This document shows positions 38,990 through 48,405 of a DNA stretch of 58,692 nucleotides, one piece after another. The notes below the pieces were generated by a model. That model was not told the origin of the DNA. It saw only the letters and a list, made by a program, of their open reading frames with translations, and ran no database searches. The stretch is from a virus. Lineage: Duplodnaviria; Caudoviricetes. Numbering within the stretch: the stretch's first letter is position 1; the number at the start of each line of letters is the position of its first letter. Made by a program: the position numbers and the translations under genes. The DNA lies in the IMG/VR virus record IMGVR_UViG_3300034349_000023, positions 1 to 58,692 of that record. One strand, given 5' to 3'.

Positions 38990-41604
38990 AACGCCTCCCC
39001 ATCCTCGAGCTTGCGGTTCGGAACGCAGGCTGCACAGAATGCCGGTTGCACAAAGACACCGACGACGATGAGGTGTGCATTACCGGCCAGTCCGAGTCAA
39101 CCGCTGCCCAACTCAAGGCACAGGGCACCCGGATAGCCATTGTGACCAAGTTCCCGATCTCCGAAGGGGGCCGGTTACACCGGGAGATGGTGGTGTATCT
39201 GACCGAGGCGGGGATCGACCACACCAAGGTTGTATGGTTGTCCGCGCTGAAGTGCCGGACGTACAACCTCGACCCCACGAAGACGGACCAAAAGAAGTGT
39301 TCGATCTTCCTCCGGGCCGAGTTCGCACACCAGGACTTCGACTACGTTTTGTGCCTGGGTGCGGAGGCGTGGTTCGCCGCGTCCGGTTGGGCGGACATCA
39401 CGAAGAACCGGGGGAAGCTATTCAACGTGCAGGAAGGGTCGGGGGTAATCTTCCCCACGATCAGCCCGAGCGCGGTGAATCGCAACCCCGGCCTTCGTGG
39501 AGGGTTCATCGCCGACCTGGTGTACTTCGGTCGCTTGATCCGGGGCGAGGGCGACCAACCGGATCACCACGACAACGCCGGGCACGTCACCACGGTACGG
39601 TCTCTGGACGACCTGAGAGCGATGCTAAGGCGCGTAAAGCACGCATGGGCGGCGTCATACGACATCGAAACCACGGGCGCGGCTGAGTACGAATCAGCGG
39701 CCCGGGTGGTCTCCATCGCGGTAACCGTCACCGACGGCCCGGACATGTCGACGGCCCACACCTACGAAGTGCCCCTGTTCCATCCGGGCTCATGGTTCCG
39801 TAGTCAATGGGAGGCGGTCCTCCGACACATCACCCGGGCCCTGATGAAGTGCCCCCGGCGTGTGGCCCATAACGCCAAGTACGACACGAAGTGGATGCAG
39901 CACTTCACCAAGCTCGAAGACTTCCTCCCGACATTCGACACGATCGTAGCGGCAGCCCTTCTCGATGAGAACCGGCCGAAAGGGCTGAAGCCTTTGTCGC
40001 AGATGTTGCTGGGGGCCGAGCCCTGGGGCATCGACACGAAGGACTTGCTGAACGACCCGATCGAAATGATCCTGACGTACAACGGACTAGACACATGGCA
40101 CACCCTCCGTCTGTATTTCGTGTTGAAGCAACACCTTATCGAACAGCCTCGGCTGGCCCGGTTCTTCAAAAACCTCACGATGCCCCTGGTGCGGGAACTG
40201 TGCTACGTGGAACGGCGGGGGGTGTTCGTCGATCAGGACGAGCTAAAGACTTCGTGGAATGTGACGAAGGCTAACCTCGCCGAGATCCATGACCAGCTCG
40301 AGGAATTCGTACCGGAGACTCATCCGTTCCAGGTCTTCGACAAGCGAACGGGTGACCTCAAGCGTGAGGGGATCAACTGGAACGCATCCAACTTCGCGCG
40401 GTGGTTCCTCTACGAATACCTCGAACTCCCGGTATTGAAGCGCGGTAAGCCGAAGGACGATGGCCGACCGGGAGACCCGTCGATGGATGAGTCTACGCTG
40501 TCGTATCTCGCGGAAATGACTGACATCCAACCGGGCCAGCAAGTGGTCAAGCTATTGGCCGACAGGGTGAAGTGGAACAAGTTCGACACGTCGTTCTTCA
40601 GCCCGTGGTCGGAACAGATTGACGCCAACTCCCGGATGCACTCTGTATTCAAGCCCTGGGGCACGGTGACTGGCCGGATGTCGTCCGGCAAGGAAGACGC
40701 CGAAAAGATCACTGCCAGCAAAAAGATCCGGGGGGTTAATCTCCAGCAAGTACCCCGGGGTGATCTCACACGCGGGATCTTCGGCGCACCGCCTGGATCG
40801 TTCTTCGTCGAATTCGACTATTCCCAGGTTGAGCTCCGGGTGGCTGCCGAGTTGGCTCAAGAAGCCACGATGCTCCACCTCTACCATACCGGCCAAGACA
40901 TCCACATGACAATGGCCATGACGATGACCGGCAAACCGGCGCACCTGGTTACGAAGGAAGAACGCAAGAAAGCCAAGGCTGTAAACTTCGGGTTCCTCTA
41001 CGGGATGGGCTGGCGCAAGTTCATTCAGACCGCCTGGGATAACTACGGGGTTAAGGTCACCGAGGAAGAAGCCGTTGCATTCCGGAGGGCATTCTTCGCC
41101 CAATTCCCCGGCCTGATCCCCTGGCACAACAAGCAACGATCCCTCGCCCACAAGTACGGCAGGGTCGAGACCCCGATGGGTCGGGTGCGCCACCTGCCGG
41201 ACATTTACTCACCGGATCACGGGGTTCAGTCCGAAGCCGAGCGTCAGGCCATCAACTCCCCTGTGCAGGGGTTCGCGTCGGACATGTGCGCACTCAGCAT
41301 GGTGTTGCTGGCCCGTGAGTTCCGCCGTGAGGGATTGGAAGCGTACCCGATCGGTACCGTGCACGATGCGGTCAACTGGGAGATCTCCAGCCGCGACCTG
41401 GCACATGCTCTCCCCCGGATCAAGCACACGATGGAAAACCTCCCGCTCGAGAAGTTGTTCGGCTGCGGGATTAGTGTTCCAATTGTCGCGGATTGCAAGG
41501 TAGGGACACGTTGGGGTCAAGCGAAGGAAGTCCCGGCGGATACCCTCATCAACGATACCGCGCTACACGCGTGGCTTGAAGAGAATGACCTGGTGTCGGC
41601 ATGA
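38986..41604 (+). CDS. polA: Family A DNA polymerase with an N-terminal UDG-like domain and a 3'-5' exonuclease
   Basis: Exonuclease YDIETT and HNAKYD; polymerase DYSQVELR, RKKAKAVNFGFLYG, TVHDAV; N-terminal CxxCxL..C..KC..C. Confidence 0.95.
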   Translation: MKRLPILELAVRNAGCTECRLHKDTDDDEVCITGQSESTAAQLKAQGTRIAIVTKFPISEGGRLHREMVVYLTEAGIDHTKVVWLSALKCRTYNLDPTKTDQKKCSIFLRAEFAHQDFDYVLCLGAEAWFAASGWADITKNRGKLFNVQEGSGVIFPTISPSAVNRNPGLRGGFIADLVYFGRLIRGEGDQPDHHDNAGHVTTVRSLDDLRAMLRRVKHAWAASYDIETTGAAEYESAARVVSIAVTVTDGPDMSTAHTYEVPLFHPGSWFRSQWEAVLRHITRALMKCPRRVAHNAKYDTKWMQHFTKLEDFLPTFDTIVAAALLDENRPKGLKPLSQMLLGAEPWGIDTKDLLNDPIEMILTYNGLDTWHTLRLYFVLKQHLIEQPRLARFFKNLTMPLVRELCYVERRGVFVDQDELKTSWNVTKANLAEIHDQLEEFVPETHPFQVFDKRTGDLKREGINWNASNFARWFLYEYLELPVLKRGKPKDDGRPGDPSMDESTLSYLAEMTDIQPGQQVVKLLADRVKWNKFDTSFFSPWSEQIDANSRMHSVFKPWGTVTGRMSSGKEDAEKITASKKIRGVNLQQVPRGDLTRGIFGAPPGSFFVEFDYSQVELRVAAELAQEATMLHLYHTGQDIHMTMAMTMTGKPAHLVTKEERKKAKAVNFGFLYGMGWRKFIQTAWDNYGVKVTEEEAVAFRRAFFAQFPGLIPWHNKQRSLAHKYGRVETPMGRVRHLPDIYSPDHGVQSEAERQAINSPVQGFASDMCALSMVLLAREFRREGLEAYPIGTVHDAVNWEISSRDLAHALPRIKHTMENLPLEKLFGCGISVPIVADCKVGTRWGQAKEVPADTLINDTALHAWLEENDLVSA

Positions 41605-41927
41605 CAACAAGCATGGACGAATCCTGGACTCCCGGTATCGGGCAAGATGTGCATGAAGCGGGAGTTCAAGGGGTGATCATCCCCGTACGAACACAAGGGC
41701 CCGAAGGACCAGTGTTCTGGTTTCAAAAGGTCGGGATGGCAAACTCAACCAAGCTGAATTGGTCGATGGTTCAAGAACTGAACTCGATTGGCCAGGTCTA
41801 CCTGGTTCGATACATGACCGACTACACACCTTTTCAATTGGTCGACATGAAGCGAAACCGGAGTACGCCAATCAACCAAGACAAACTCCGCCAGTTCATC
41901 CGAAACCCCATCTGGGGATCGGTGTGA
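41601..41927 (+). CDS. Hypothetical protein
   Basis: Coupled overlaps with polA and the nuclease gene. Confidence 0.55.
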   Translation: MTTSMDESWTPGIGQDVHEAGVQGVIIPVRTQGPEGPVFWFQKVGMANSTKLNWSMVQELNSIGQVYLVRYMTDYTPFQLVDMKRNRSTPINQDKLRQFIRNPIWGSV

Positions 41928-43030
41928 AAACTCGTGTCGGGCCGCTGGGACTTCCGGCCATCTATGAGGATGGAGGCAAAAGGGTAACCACCCACTCCAT
42001 GCTCAAGCAATACCTCGCGTGCCCCAAGTCAGCCCAGTACAAGTACGCCGAACGTCTCAAGCCCAAGATGGCCACACGCCGGGATCAGCCTTTGCGCCGA
42101 GGCACCTGGGTGCATGAACTTCTGGAAGCGTATTACAAGGGCGAGGATTGGCGCGAGGTTCATCGGCGGAACACCGTCAAGTTTAATTCGCTGATGGATG
42201 TCGAGAAAGAAGATCTCGGCGACCTTCCGGCGGAATGCCTCCGGCTTCTCCGGTCCTACCTCTGGCACTACGGGGCGAACAAGACCGACCCCTTCCACGG
42301 GTGGAACGTCCTCGGGGCCGAAGTCACGCTCGAGGCGGTGTGGCCGGACAGCCAAGACGGGTTGGACATCTATCGGTGTCGGGTGGACCTTTTGGTCGAA
42401 GACGAGTACGGGCTTTTGATCGTCGACCACAAGACGCACGGGCAACTGCCGGACCACACCTTCCGGATGCTTGATGCCGCCAGCCCGTTGTACGTGTGGG
42501 CAGCGCGGGAGTCGGGGTACGACGTGCGGGGCTTCCAATGGAACTACATCCGGACAAAGGCACCTACGGTCCCGAGGATGGTGTACGTCGGCACCAAGCG
42601 TGAGCGGTTGTCCGAGGCTGCGATCGACACCGACTTTCCCACGTACTACCGGGCGATCAAAGGCTACGGACTCGACCCCCGGGAGGAACCGTACGCCACC
42701 CGTCTGCGCACACTGAAAGCCCAAAGGTGGAACCCCGACCTGCCCAATACGTCGCTGTTCTTCGCGCGGACCACGCTCGAAAAGGACGACGACCAGATCG
42801 CTCGGGTGGTCGCTACCTCCATGCGCACCCGAGACCGGATGCATGACGACTTCGACGACTTCGACCTTACCGAGCGGAACATGGGCCGTCCCTGCACCTG
42901 GTGCACATTCAGCGGCCTGTGCACAACTGAGATGGCGGGAGGACTGGGTGACCACATCCGACGTAAGCAATACCGAACCGGAGACCCCCTGGATTACTAT
43001 CACGATGCCCGTCAGCCATCTGATTCGTGA
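41924..43030 (+). CDS. Cas4-like / PD-(D/E)XK exonuclease
   Basis: ACPK...RGTWVH...RVDLL..IVDHKT...CTWCTFSGLC (4-Cys Fe-S pattern). Confidence 0.9.
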   Translation: MKTRVGPLGLPAIYEDGGKRVTTHSMLKQYLACPKSAQYKYAERLKPKMATRRDQPLRRGTWVHELLEAYYKGEDWREVHRRNTVKFNSLMDVEKEDLGDLPAECLRLLRSYLWHYGANKTDPFHGWNVLGAEVTLEAVWPDSQDGLDIYRCRVDLLVEDEYGLLIVDHKTHGQLPDHTFRMLDAASPLYVWAARESGYDVRGFQWNYIRTKAPTVPRMVYVGTKRERLSEAAIDTDFPTYYRAIKGYGLDPREEPYATRLRTLKAQRWNPDLPNTSLFFARTTLEKDDDQIARVVATSMRTRDRMHDDFDDFDLTERNMGRPCTWCTFSGLCTTEMAGGLGDHIRRKQYRTGDPLDYYHDARQPSDS

Positions 43031-43196
43031 CTACGCGCCGTGTGGCCGGTGCGGCAAGTATGTCAGTCGGGTAAGGGGATGCATTCACTGGAAGGTGACT
43101 ATGCAGCATAAAGATCCGGCAGCCCAAAAGGAACGCAGGCGATTGGGTAACCTCGCCTACAAAGCACGAACACGAAAGCCCAAAGGTTCAGTTTGA
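43005..43196 (+). CDS. Small Cys-rich basic protein
   Basis: PCGRCGKY...CIH. Confidence 0.45.
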   Translation: MPVSHLIRDYAPCGRCGKYVSRVRGCIHWKVTMQHKDPAAQKERRRLGNLAYKARTRKPKGSV

Positions 43197-43247
43197 CCTG
43201 TACGCCATTCCTGGCATGATTGACCGGCGACGAATTGAGGTGACTGA

Positions 43248-43385
43248 ATGCGTGATGCTGAGTGGGTAAAGCACGAAGAAGAAACCGGCCATACTGACCG
43301 GGTAGATACCCTCGTGCCCACTGGATGGCAGTGCAAACAATGCAAGGCCAAGTCGAGCAATCTGGTCGGCGGTAATGGCCGGTAA
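43248..43385 (+). CDS. Small CxxC protein (45 aa)
   Basis: GAGGTG RBS; WQCKQCK; overlaps the next start. Confidence 0.5.
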   Translation: MRDAEWVKHEEETGHTDRVDTLVPTGWQCKQCKAKSSNLVGGNGR

Positions 43386-44229
43386 AGACTACGCTGCGAT
43401 TGCTCGGGCGAAGATCACCAAGCCCGGAAGCAATGCAGCCAATGGTGGCCGGATGCCGCGCTACCTGGTCTACGGGCGGAACAAGAAAGGTAAGACCCGA
43501 TTCTGTGCCACCGCTCCGAACGTGCTGATCGCCGATCCGGAAGACGGCACGATCGCTGAGACGAAGCTGAACCCCGATGTCTGGCCGGTCACGGAGTGGG
43601 CGGATCTCGAGGAGATCTACCGGTACATCAAGGGTGGGGGGAAGTCCCCGAAGACCGGGGAGCCCATCAAGTGGGTAGCCTTGGATGGCATGACTCGTAT
43701 GCTGTCGATGGCTATCGACTTCGTATCCAAGCAGCAAGCGGAGCGGGATCTCACGCGCCAGCCTGGCCAGGTGGACAAGCGCACATACGGCCAGGCAAAC
43801 AAGATGATCGAGTCCATGTTGCATAACTTCCACTCGCTTCGTAACGTGGGGATCATCCTTACCGCATCGGAACGTGTGGTAGAAATCGAGAACATGGAGG
43901 ACTTGGGGGCTGACGATGACGCAGTCGCAGCCTCGTTCATGTACGTTCCCGATCTGAGTCCGGGGGCACGATCGCCTCTCAATCAGATCGTGGATGTGAT
44001 CGGCCGGATCTACGTGGTGCGCGGGGAATTCGAAGTCAAGCGGCGCGTGAAGGTGGGGGATAAAGTGGTGCTCCGGACCACACAAACCACCACGCAGCGA
44101 CGCCTGTTCGTGGGGCCTCACGAGATGTACGACACCGGCTACCGGTCGGGGTTCACACTCCCTGACTACCTCAAGGAACCAACCGTAGCAACGCTCGGAC
44201 GAGCGTTGCGTGAAGGGAAGACGGACTAG
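43375..44229 (+). CDS. AAA-family (Sak4-like) ATPase / recombinase
   Basis: YGRNKKGKT, IADPEDG, VALDGMT. Confidence 0.85.
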   Translation: MAGKDYAAIARAKITKPGSNAANGGRMPRYLVYGRNKKGKTRFCATAPNVLIADPEDGTIAETKLNPDVWPVTEWADLEEIYRYIKGGGKSPKTGEPIKWVALDGMTRMLSMAIDFVSKQQAERDLTRQPGQVDKRTYGQANKMIESMLHNFHSLRNVGIILTASERVVEIENMEDLGADDDAVAASFMYVPDLSPGARSPLNQIVDVIGRIYVVRGEFEVKRRVKVGDKVVLRTTQTTTQRRLFVGPHEMYDTGYRSGFTLPDYLKEPTVATLGRALREGKTD

Positions 44230-44994
44230 ATGGCAGCCACCGCACGCGCGGTCGATTTGACCGATGCCGACAAGGGAAGCAATTTCCGCACCAAGCGCGT
44301 CCCGATCGGCGACTACCGGGCCAAGATCGTCAAGGCCGACGACCACCAGCCGAACGACAAGAGCAAGCCGATGGGTTGGGTTCTCACGGTTCAGCTCGAG
44401 GGCCACGCTCGCAACTCGTACCCGTTCTACCTGTCGCCGGAGAAGAAGCAAGCCTGGAAGATCGCCCAGGCGTGCCGCGCGGCCGGTCTGAAGGTGCCCT
44501 CGGCCCGGGTACGCTTCGACCCCAACAAGCTGGTCAACAAGACCATCGGGGTCGCCATGGAGGACGACGAGTACGAGGGCCGCCCCAAGTCGGTCATCGA
44601 CGAGATGTTCCCCCCCTCCGAGGTCGGCGCGAATGCGGACGAGGACGTCCCCGAGGACGAAGACATCGACGTCCAGGACGACGAGGTCGACATCCCGGAC
44701 GACGACGACGAGCCCGCTCCCGAGCCCGTCAAGCCCGTCCGTCGGCGCAAGCCCGCTCCCGAGCCGGAGCCGGAGGACGACGAGGACGAGGAACCCGAGC
44801 CGACTCCCGCCCCCCGGAAGCGTGCCGCCCGGCGTCCGGCCCCCAAGCCGGAGCCCGAAGAGGACGAGGACGAGGACGAGGACGAGCCGGAGCCCACCCC
44901 ACCCCCGCGTCGTCGGGCCAAGAAGGCCGCGCCTCCGCCCCCGGCGGACGACGATGACGAAGAGCTGGACCTGGACGACCTCGACGAGGTCTAA
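44230..44994 (+). CDS. Single-stranded DNA-binding protein (DUF669-like) with an acidic/Pro tail
   Basis: VPIGDYRAKIV...EDDEYEGRPKS; acidic C-terminus; follows the Sak4-like gene. Confidence 0.75.
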   Translation: MAATARAVDLTDADKGSNFRTKRVPIGDYRAKIVKADDHQPNDKSKPMGWVLTVQLEGHARNSYPFYLSPEKKQAWKIAQACRAAGLKVPSARVRFDPNKLVNKTIGVAMEDDEYEGRPKSVIDEMFPPSEVGANADEDVPEDEDIDVQDDEVDIPDDDDEPAPEPVKPVRRRKPAPEPEPEDDEDEEPEPTPAPRKRAARRPAPKPEPEEDEDEDEDEPEPTPPPRRRAKKAAPPPPADDDDEELDLDDLDEV

Positions 44995-45148
44995 CGGTTT
45001 GAACTAGACCGTTGGGTACGGCATCATGGGAACCGAACGGCGTTGGCCGGAATCCTGCCCGTTCGGTCCGTCCCCTCGGGGCACGGTTGCGATTAGTCCT
45101 TCCTCGGTGGTCGCAACCGTGCCCCTTCCTAGTAGATCGGATAGACTT

Positions 45149-45418
45149 ATGAACGCATTCCCGGCTAGATTCCGAGGGCTATGCTTACCGTGTGGTGAGG
45201 ACATCCACGTGGGCGACTTCATTCGTTCCCACAATGAAGCCGGGTACGTCCATGAGGAATGCTTCGATGAGGTGGGCGTGGATCTCCCCCTCCGATCCGA
45301 ATCGCGTAAGGAAGACGAACCCATTCTCAATGCGGCCCTTCCCCGAGGGAAAAGCGCCAAAGACCGATGTGACCTTTGTTTCATGATCCACGCTAACGGA
45401 CAGGAAGAATGCGAATGA
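45149..45418 (+). CDS. Zinc-binding hypothetical protein
   Basis: ARFRGLCLPCGEDI...HEEC...CDLCFMIH. Confidence 0.6.
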   Translation: MNAFPARFRGLCLPCGEDIHVGDFIRSHNEAGYVHEECFDEVGVDLPLRSESRKEDEPILNAALPRGKSAKDRCDLCFMIHANGQEECE

Positions 45419-45618
45419 ACGCCTCTCGCGCCAAGCGCCGCGTCATCCGGTGGATGCGCTACCTGGACCACACGCACAGCATGTCCCCGCATCGGAACCA
45501 TGCCGGGTATCACGCCGGACACTCCAAGGCCTACACGGACTACATGCTGGCCGGACGGGCAGCCCCGAACGGCATCAGGGTCCCATGGACGCGTCTCAGC
45601 CTTCGGGGAGATGCCTAG
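45415..45618 (+). CDS. Small basic hypothetical protein
   Basis: Coupled ATGA start. Confidence 0.5.
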   Translation: MNASRAKRRVIRWMRYLDHTHSMSPHRNHAGYHAGHSKAYTDYMLAGRAAPNGIRVPWTRLSLRGDA

Positions 45619-45619
45619 G

Positions 45620-45982
45620 ATGGCCCAGCCGGAGTCCAAGCTGTCACGGGCCATCATGGCTGCCCTGCGCAACCGGGGCATCTGGTGCTTCAAAGTCCAC
45701 GGCGGTCCGATGACCATGGCAGGCGTGCCGGACATCATCGCCTGCGTACCGGTACGGTGCTGCGAGTCCCCGGTGACCGTGGGCATCTTCGTGGGGTTCG
45801 AGACCAAGACACCGACCGGTGGCGACCCCTCACCGATCCAGAAGCGCCAGCACGATCTCATCGGTGCGGCGTGTGGTCATGTCTGTGTTCCCCGGTCCGT
45901 TGAGGATGCCGTAGCGTTCATCGAATCGCTGGGGTACACCGATCCCCGCCCACCGGCCCCCAACGTCTCCACGGCGATCTGA
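45620..45982 (+). CDS. VRR-NUC endonuclease / Holliday junction resolvase
   Basis: ESKL...KVHGG..AGVPDII...FETK...SPIQ...SVEDA. Confidence 0.9.
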   Translation: MAQPESKLSRAIMAALRNRGIWCFKVHGGPMTMAGVPDIIACVPVRCCESPVTVGIFVGFETKTPTGGDPSPIQKRQHDLIGAACGHVCVPRSVEDAVAFIESLGYTDPRPPAPNVSTAI

Positions 45983-46044
45983 GAACCCCTTCGTAGCCCC
46001 CTGTATCGTTACCCCGACGCATCATCCGAATCGAAAGGACCACG

Positions 46045-46944
46045 ATGGTCAAGAAGTTCTTCGTGGCGCTGGTCGCCATGGCCAGTGTTCTCAGCGGAAG
46101 CCTCGCGGTTTCCAGTCCGGCGCTGGCCGCTTCGATGTTCTACTACGCAGCGGGATCGCAAGACCTGAACGCCACCCAAGAGGCGTCGGCCACGAGCGTG
46201 ACCGCCAGCATCACTGCCTACGCACCCGCCATTGCGGTCGGTTCCGGGGACCACTCGCTTGGTGAGCTGGCCATCCAGACTGACAACGGCTCGGGTGCGC
46301 CGACGCGTACCGGCGTGGTGGAGATCGGTTACAACGTCGACTTCAACCTGTACGGCGACTACAACCCCCATGCCTTCGTTTACTCCTGGGTCAACAGCGT
46401 CGGCCGGGGTTACAACGCTTCCAACCCGGACTTCGTGAAGTGCACCGGCTCGGGTGGCACATGCGGAGGTCTCGCGGCCCCGGTCGTTGCGGCTGGCGCA
46501 ACGCTGACTTCCGGCACGACCTACAAGATGACCATCGCCCGATCGGGCGGGGCCTGGTGGTTCGGGATCTCGGTGGGCACCGGGGCGGGATGCTCGGGCA
46601 CCAACTGTTACCTCGGGTACATCCCGGACTCGGCCTTCTCGGGTGCCAGCCCATCCGTGTCGTTCACCCAGGTCAAGTACGTCCAGACGTTCGGCGAGGT
46701 GTACGACGCGAACACCGCGACCGGCGTCTGTGCCGACATGGCCAGCGGGATCAATGCGACCAGCACGACGGGTGGCGTGATCGGCTCCGTGACGTACGCA
46801 GGCCTGGCGACGACGGACGTCAACCTCGGGCGTGTGGTCACCAACGCCTCGTACTACGAGATGGTGCCCTTGGGCACGGCGGGTAACATCCGTACCTTCC
46901 GGTACGGCGGGGATGGCAGCGACGGCCTCGGCGCGTCTTGTTGA
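46045..46944 (+). CDS. Secreted neprosin-family (glutamic) peptidase
   Basis: Signal peptide ending PALA; HSLGELAIQ, VVEIGYNVD, YGDYNPHAFVY, WWF, LGYIP, QTFGEV. Confidence 0.75.
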   Translation: MVKKFFVALVAMASVLSGSLAVSSPALAASMFYYAAGSQDLNATQEASATSVTASITAYAPAIAVGSGDHSLGELAIQTDNGSGAPTRTGVVEIGYNVDFNLYGDYNPHAFVYSWVNSVGRGYNASNPDFVKCTGSGGTCGGLAAPVVAAGATLTSGTTYKMTIARSGGAWWFGISVGTGAGCSGTNCYLGYIPDSAFSGASPSVSFTQVKYVQTFGEVYDANTATGVCADMASGINATSTTGGVIGSVTYAGLATTDVNLGRVVTNASYYEMVPLGTAGNIRTFRYGGDGSDGLGASC

Positions 46945-46957
46945 CCTGACACAACGA

Positions 46958-46991
46958 AGCCCCGGACCCGATTCCGCCGGTCCGGGGCTTT
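46958..46991. terminator. Bidirectional terminator where the two arms converge
   Basis: AAGCCCCGGACC...GGTCCGGGGCTTT between convergent genes. Confidence 0.8.
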
Positions 46992-47003
46992 GTCATAGGT
47001 GGA

Positions 47004-47348
47004 TCAGGACGGGCAACCCTTGCCCATGTCCGGGTGGATACCCGCGCAGCTGGCATCGTGCACGCCGGTCACCTCGTCGCCCAGGGCGTCATCGAGGGGC
47101 CGGAGGGTAACCACCCCGTCCTCCGTGTCGTACAGCCAGTACCCCTCGCACCCGATGACCACGGCCACCCGATCGGCCACCTTGACGACCATGTGCGGGT
47201 TGTCGTCCATCACGACGTAGTGGGTGGTGTTGTTCTGGTCCCCCCCGCATTCGGGGCAGGTGGAGGTGATGGGGACCATCCCGTGTCCCGCCTCGATTTC
47301 CGCGATCACGGTTCGGAGGTAGTCGGCGGTCCGGAGTTCGACGATCAT
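47004..47348 (-). CDS. Hypothetical protein (CPEC...CEGY)
   Basis: Has its own promoter and a GAAGG RBS. Confidence 0.7.
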   Translation of the reverse strand: MIVELRTADYLRTVIAEIEAGHGMVPITSTCPECGGDQNNTTHYVVMDDNPHMVVKVADRVAVVIGCEGYWLYDTEDGVVTLRPLDDALGDEVTGVHDASCAGIHPDMGKGCPS

Positions 47349-47384
47349 GATGTGTTACCTTCCCTCGGTGTGTGGTACCCACTT

Positions 47385-47413
47385 ACCCTACCAGGGCCCG
47401 GTAGCCCCCGCAA
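47385..47413 (-). promoter_or_regulatory. sigmaA/HrdB-like promoter
   Basis: TTGCGG-17-TAGGGT. Confidence 0.7.
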
Positions 47414-47432
47414 CCACCGGGCCGGTATTGCG

Positions 47433-47969
47433 TCAGCCGCCAATGAGGTTGCCGTTCGCGTCCCAGGCCTCCGAGTCGTGGGCGCACACTTCGAGCGCGT
47501 GCTGGACCGAGTCGACCTTGAACTGACGGGACGAGTCGTAGTTGCGCACCCAGATGGCGTGAATCCCGTTCGGGGTCGCCACCCGCCAGGTCAGGGCTAT
47601 CTCGCCCCGGTCCGCCTTGATCACGATGCGCGCCTCGGTGTCGTTGAACTTGTCGCCAACGATGACGTCCAGATCGGCAGCCCAGGCCAGCCGTACGCCG
47701 TAGGCGAGCATCGCCGGAACGTCCGCGAGGTCACCGATCGTCCGGAGGTGCGTGTTGGGCCGTTTGGTGGCTGATTCCTTCAACCCCTTGACCACACCGC
47801 CATCCCCGCGCTTCCGGGGCACCACGGTCATCTTGGCGGGTTTGACACCGGCCAGCGCCCGCTCCGCTGATTCGTCGCGAGGTGATTGCCCAGCCGCCAT
47901 GCGCTTACGGCAGGCAGCCCGTGCGGCGGGAGTGTTGGGGTGGTTGTGGTCAGCGTGTGAGATGGCCAT
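47433..47969 (-). CDS. Hypothetical protein with the N-terminal His/Cys tag
   Basis: MAISHADHNHPNTPAARAACRK; GGAGG RBS. Confidence 0.8.
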   Translation of the reverse strand: MAISHADHNHPNTPAARAACRKRMAAGQSPRDESAERALAGVKPAKMTVVPRKRGDGGVVKGLKESATKRPNTHLRTIGDLADVPAMLAYGVRLAWAADLDVIVGDKFNDTEARIVIKADRGEIALTWRVATPNGIHAIWVRNYDSSRQFKVDSVQHALEVCAHDSEAWDANGNLIGG

Positions 47970-48000
47970 GTCGTCGCCTCCGTCGTTGTCCGTCAGGTAC

Positions 48001-48029
48001 AACCTACCAGGGGGCCGAAGCCCCCGCAA
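48001..48029 (-). promoter_or_regulatory. sigmaA/HrdB-like promoter with a C(UUCG)G hairpin across the spacer
   Basis: TTGCGG-17-TAGGTT; GGGGC-TTCG-GCCCC. Confidence 0.7.
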
Positions 48030-48038
48030 CCCCCCATC

Positions 48039-48350
48039 TCAGCGTGCGTGGTGGTTCCGGCAGTCGCCGGTCCAGCGGGAAACCAGTTCGTTACAGCAAG
48101 CGGTGTATCCCTGGTCACCGAGGTTCACGTCTTCGTAGTCGGTCGATCCGCAGTTCTCGCAGTGCGCCGCGTCGATCGTGCAGGGGGTAACCACCGGGAC
48201 CAGGAACGGCTTCGGCGCGACCGTGACCGGCATCCGCAGGCCCGGGGAGGTGGGGACCACGGAAGGGGCCGCACCAGCCCGGCAGGCGCGACGACCGGCG
48301 GGGGTACGCGGGTGGGAGCACGAGGTGTGGTCGATGCGGTTCGTTGTCAT
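48039..48350 (-). CDS. Hypothetical protein with the N-terminal His/Cys tag and a Cys-rich C-terminus (probably leaderless)
   Basis: MTTNRIDHTSCSHPRTPAGRRACRA; TGG-TAGGTT lies 6 nt before the ATG. Confidence 0.75.
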   Translation of the reverse strand: MTTNRIDHTSCSHPRTPAGRRACRAGAAPSVVPTSPGLRMPVTVAPKPFLVPVVTPCTIDAAHCENCGSTDYEDVNLGDQGYTACCNELVSRWTGDCRNHHAR

Positions 48351-48405
48351 GTGTCTAACCTACCACCCCGGCAGGCGTGAACCTAACCGGGGTGGGGAAG
48401 ATTTT

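Noticed and set aside
41924-43030. Cas4-like gene as evidence of a CRISPR system
   Set aside because: No repeat-spacer array or other cas genes were seen; it sits in the usual phage exonuclease-Sak4-SSB recombination module.
44630-44994. GAC/GAG-rich simple repeats (also 14500-14600 and 55870-55950)
   Set aside because: They simply encode acidic low-complexity linkers in SSB, scaffold and the histone-like protein.
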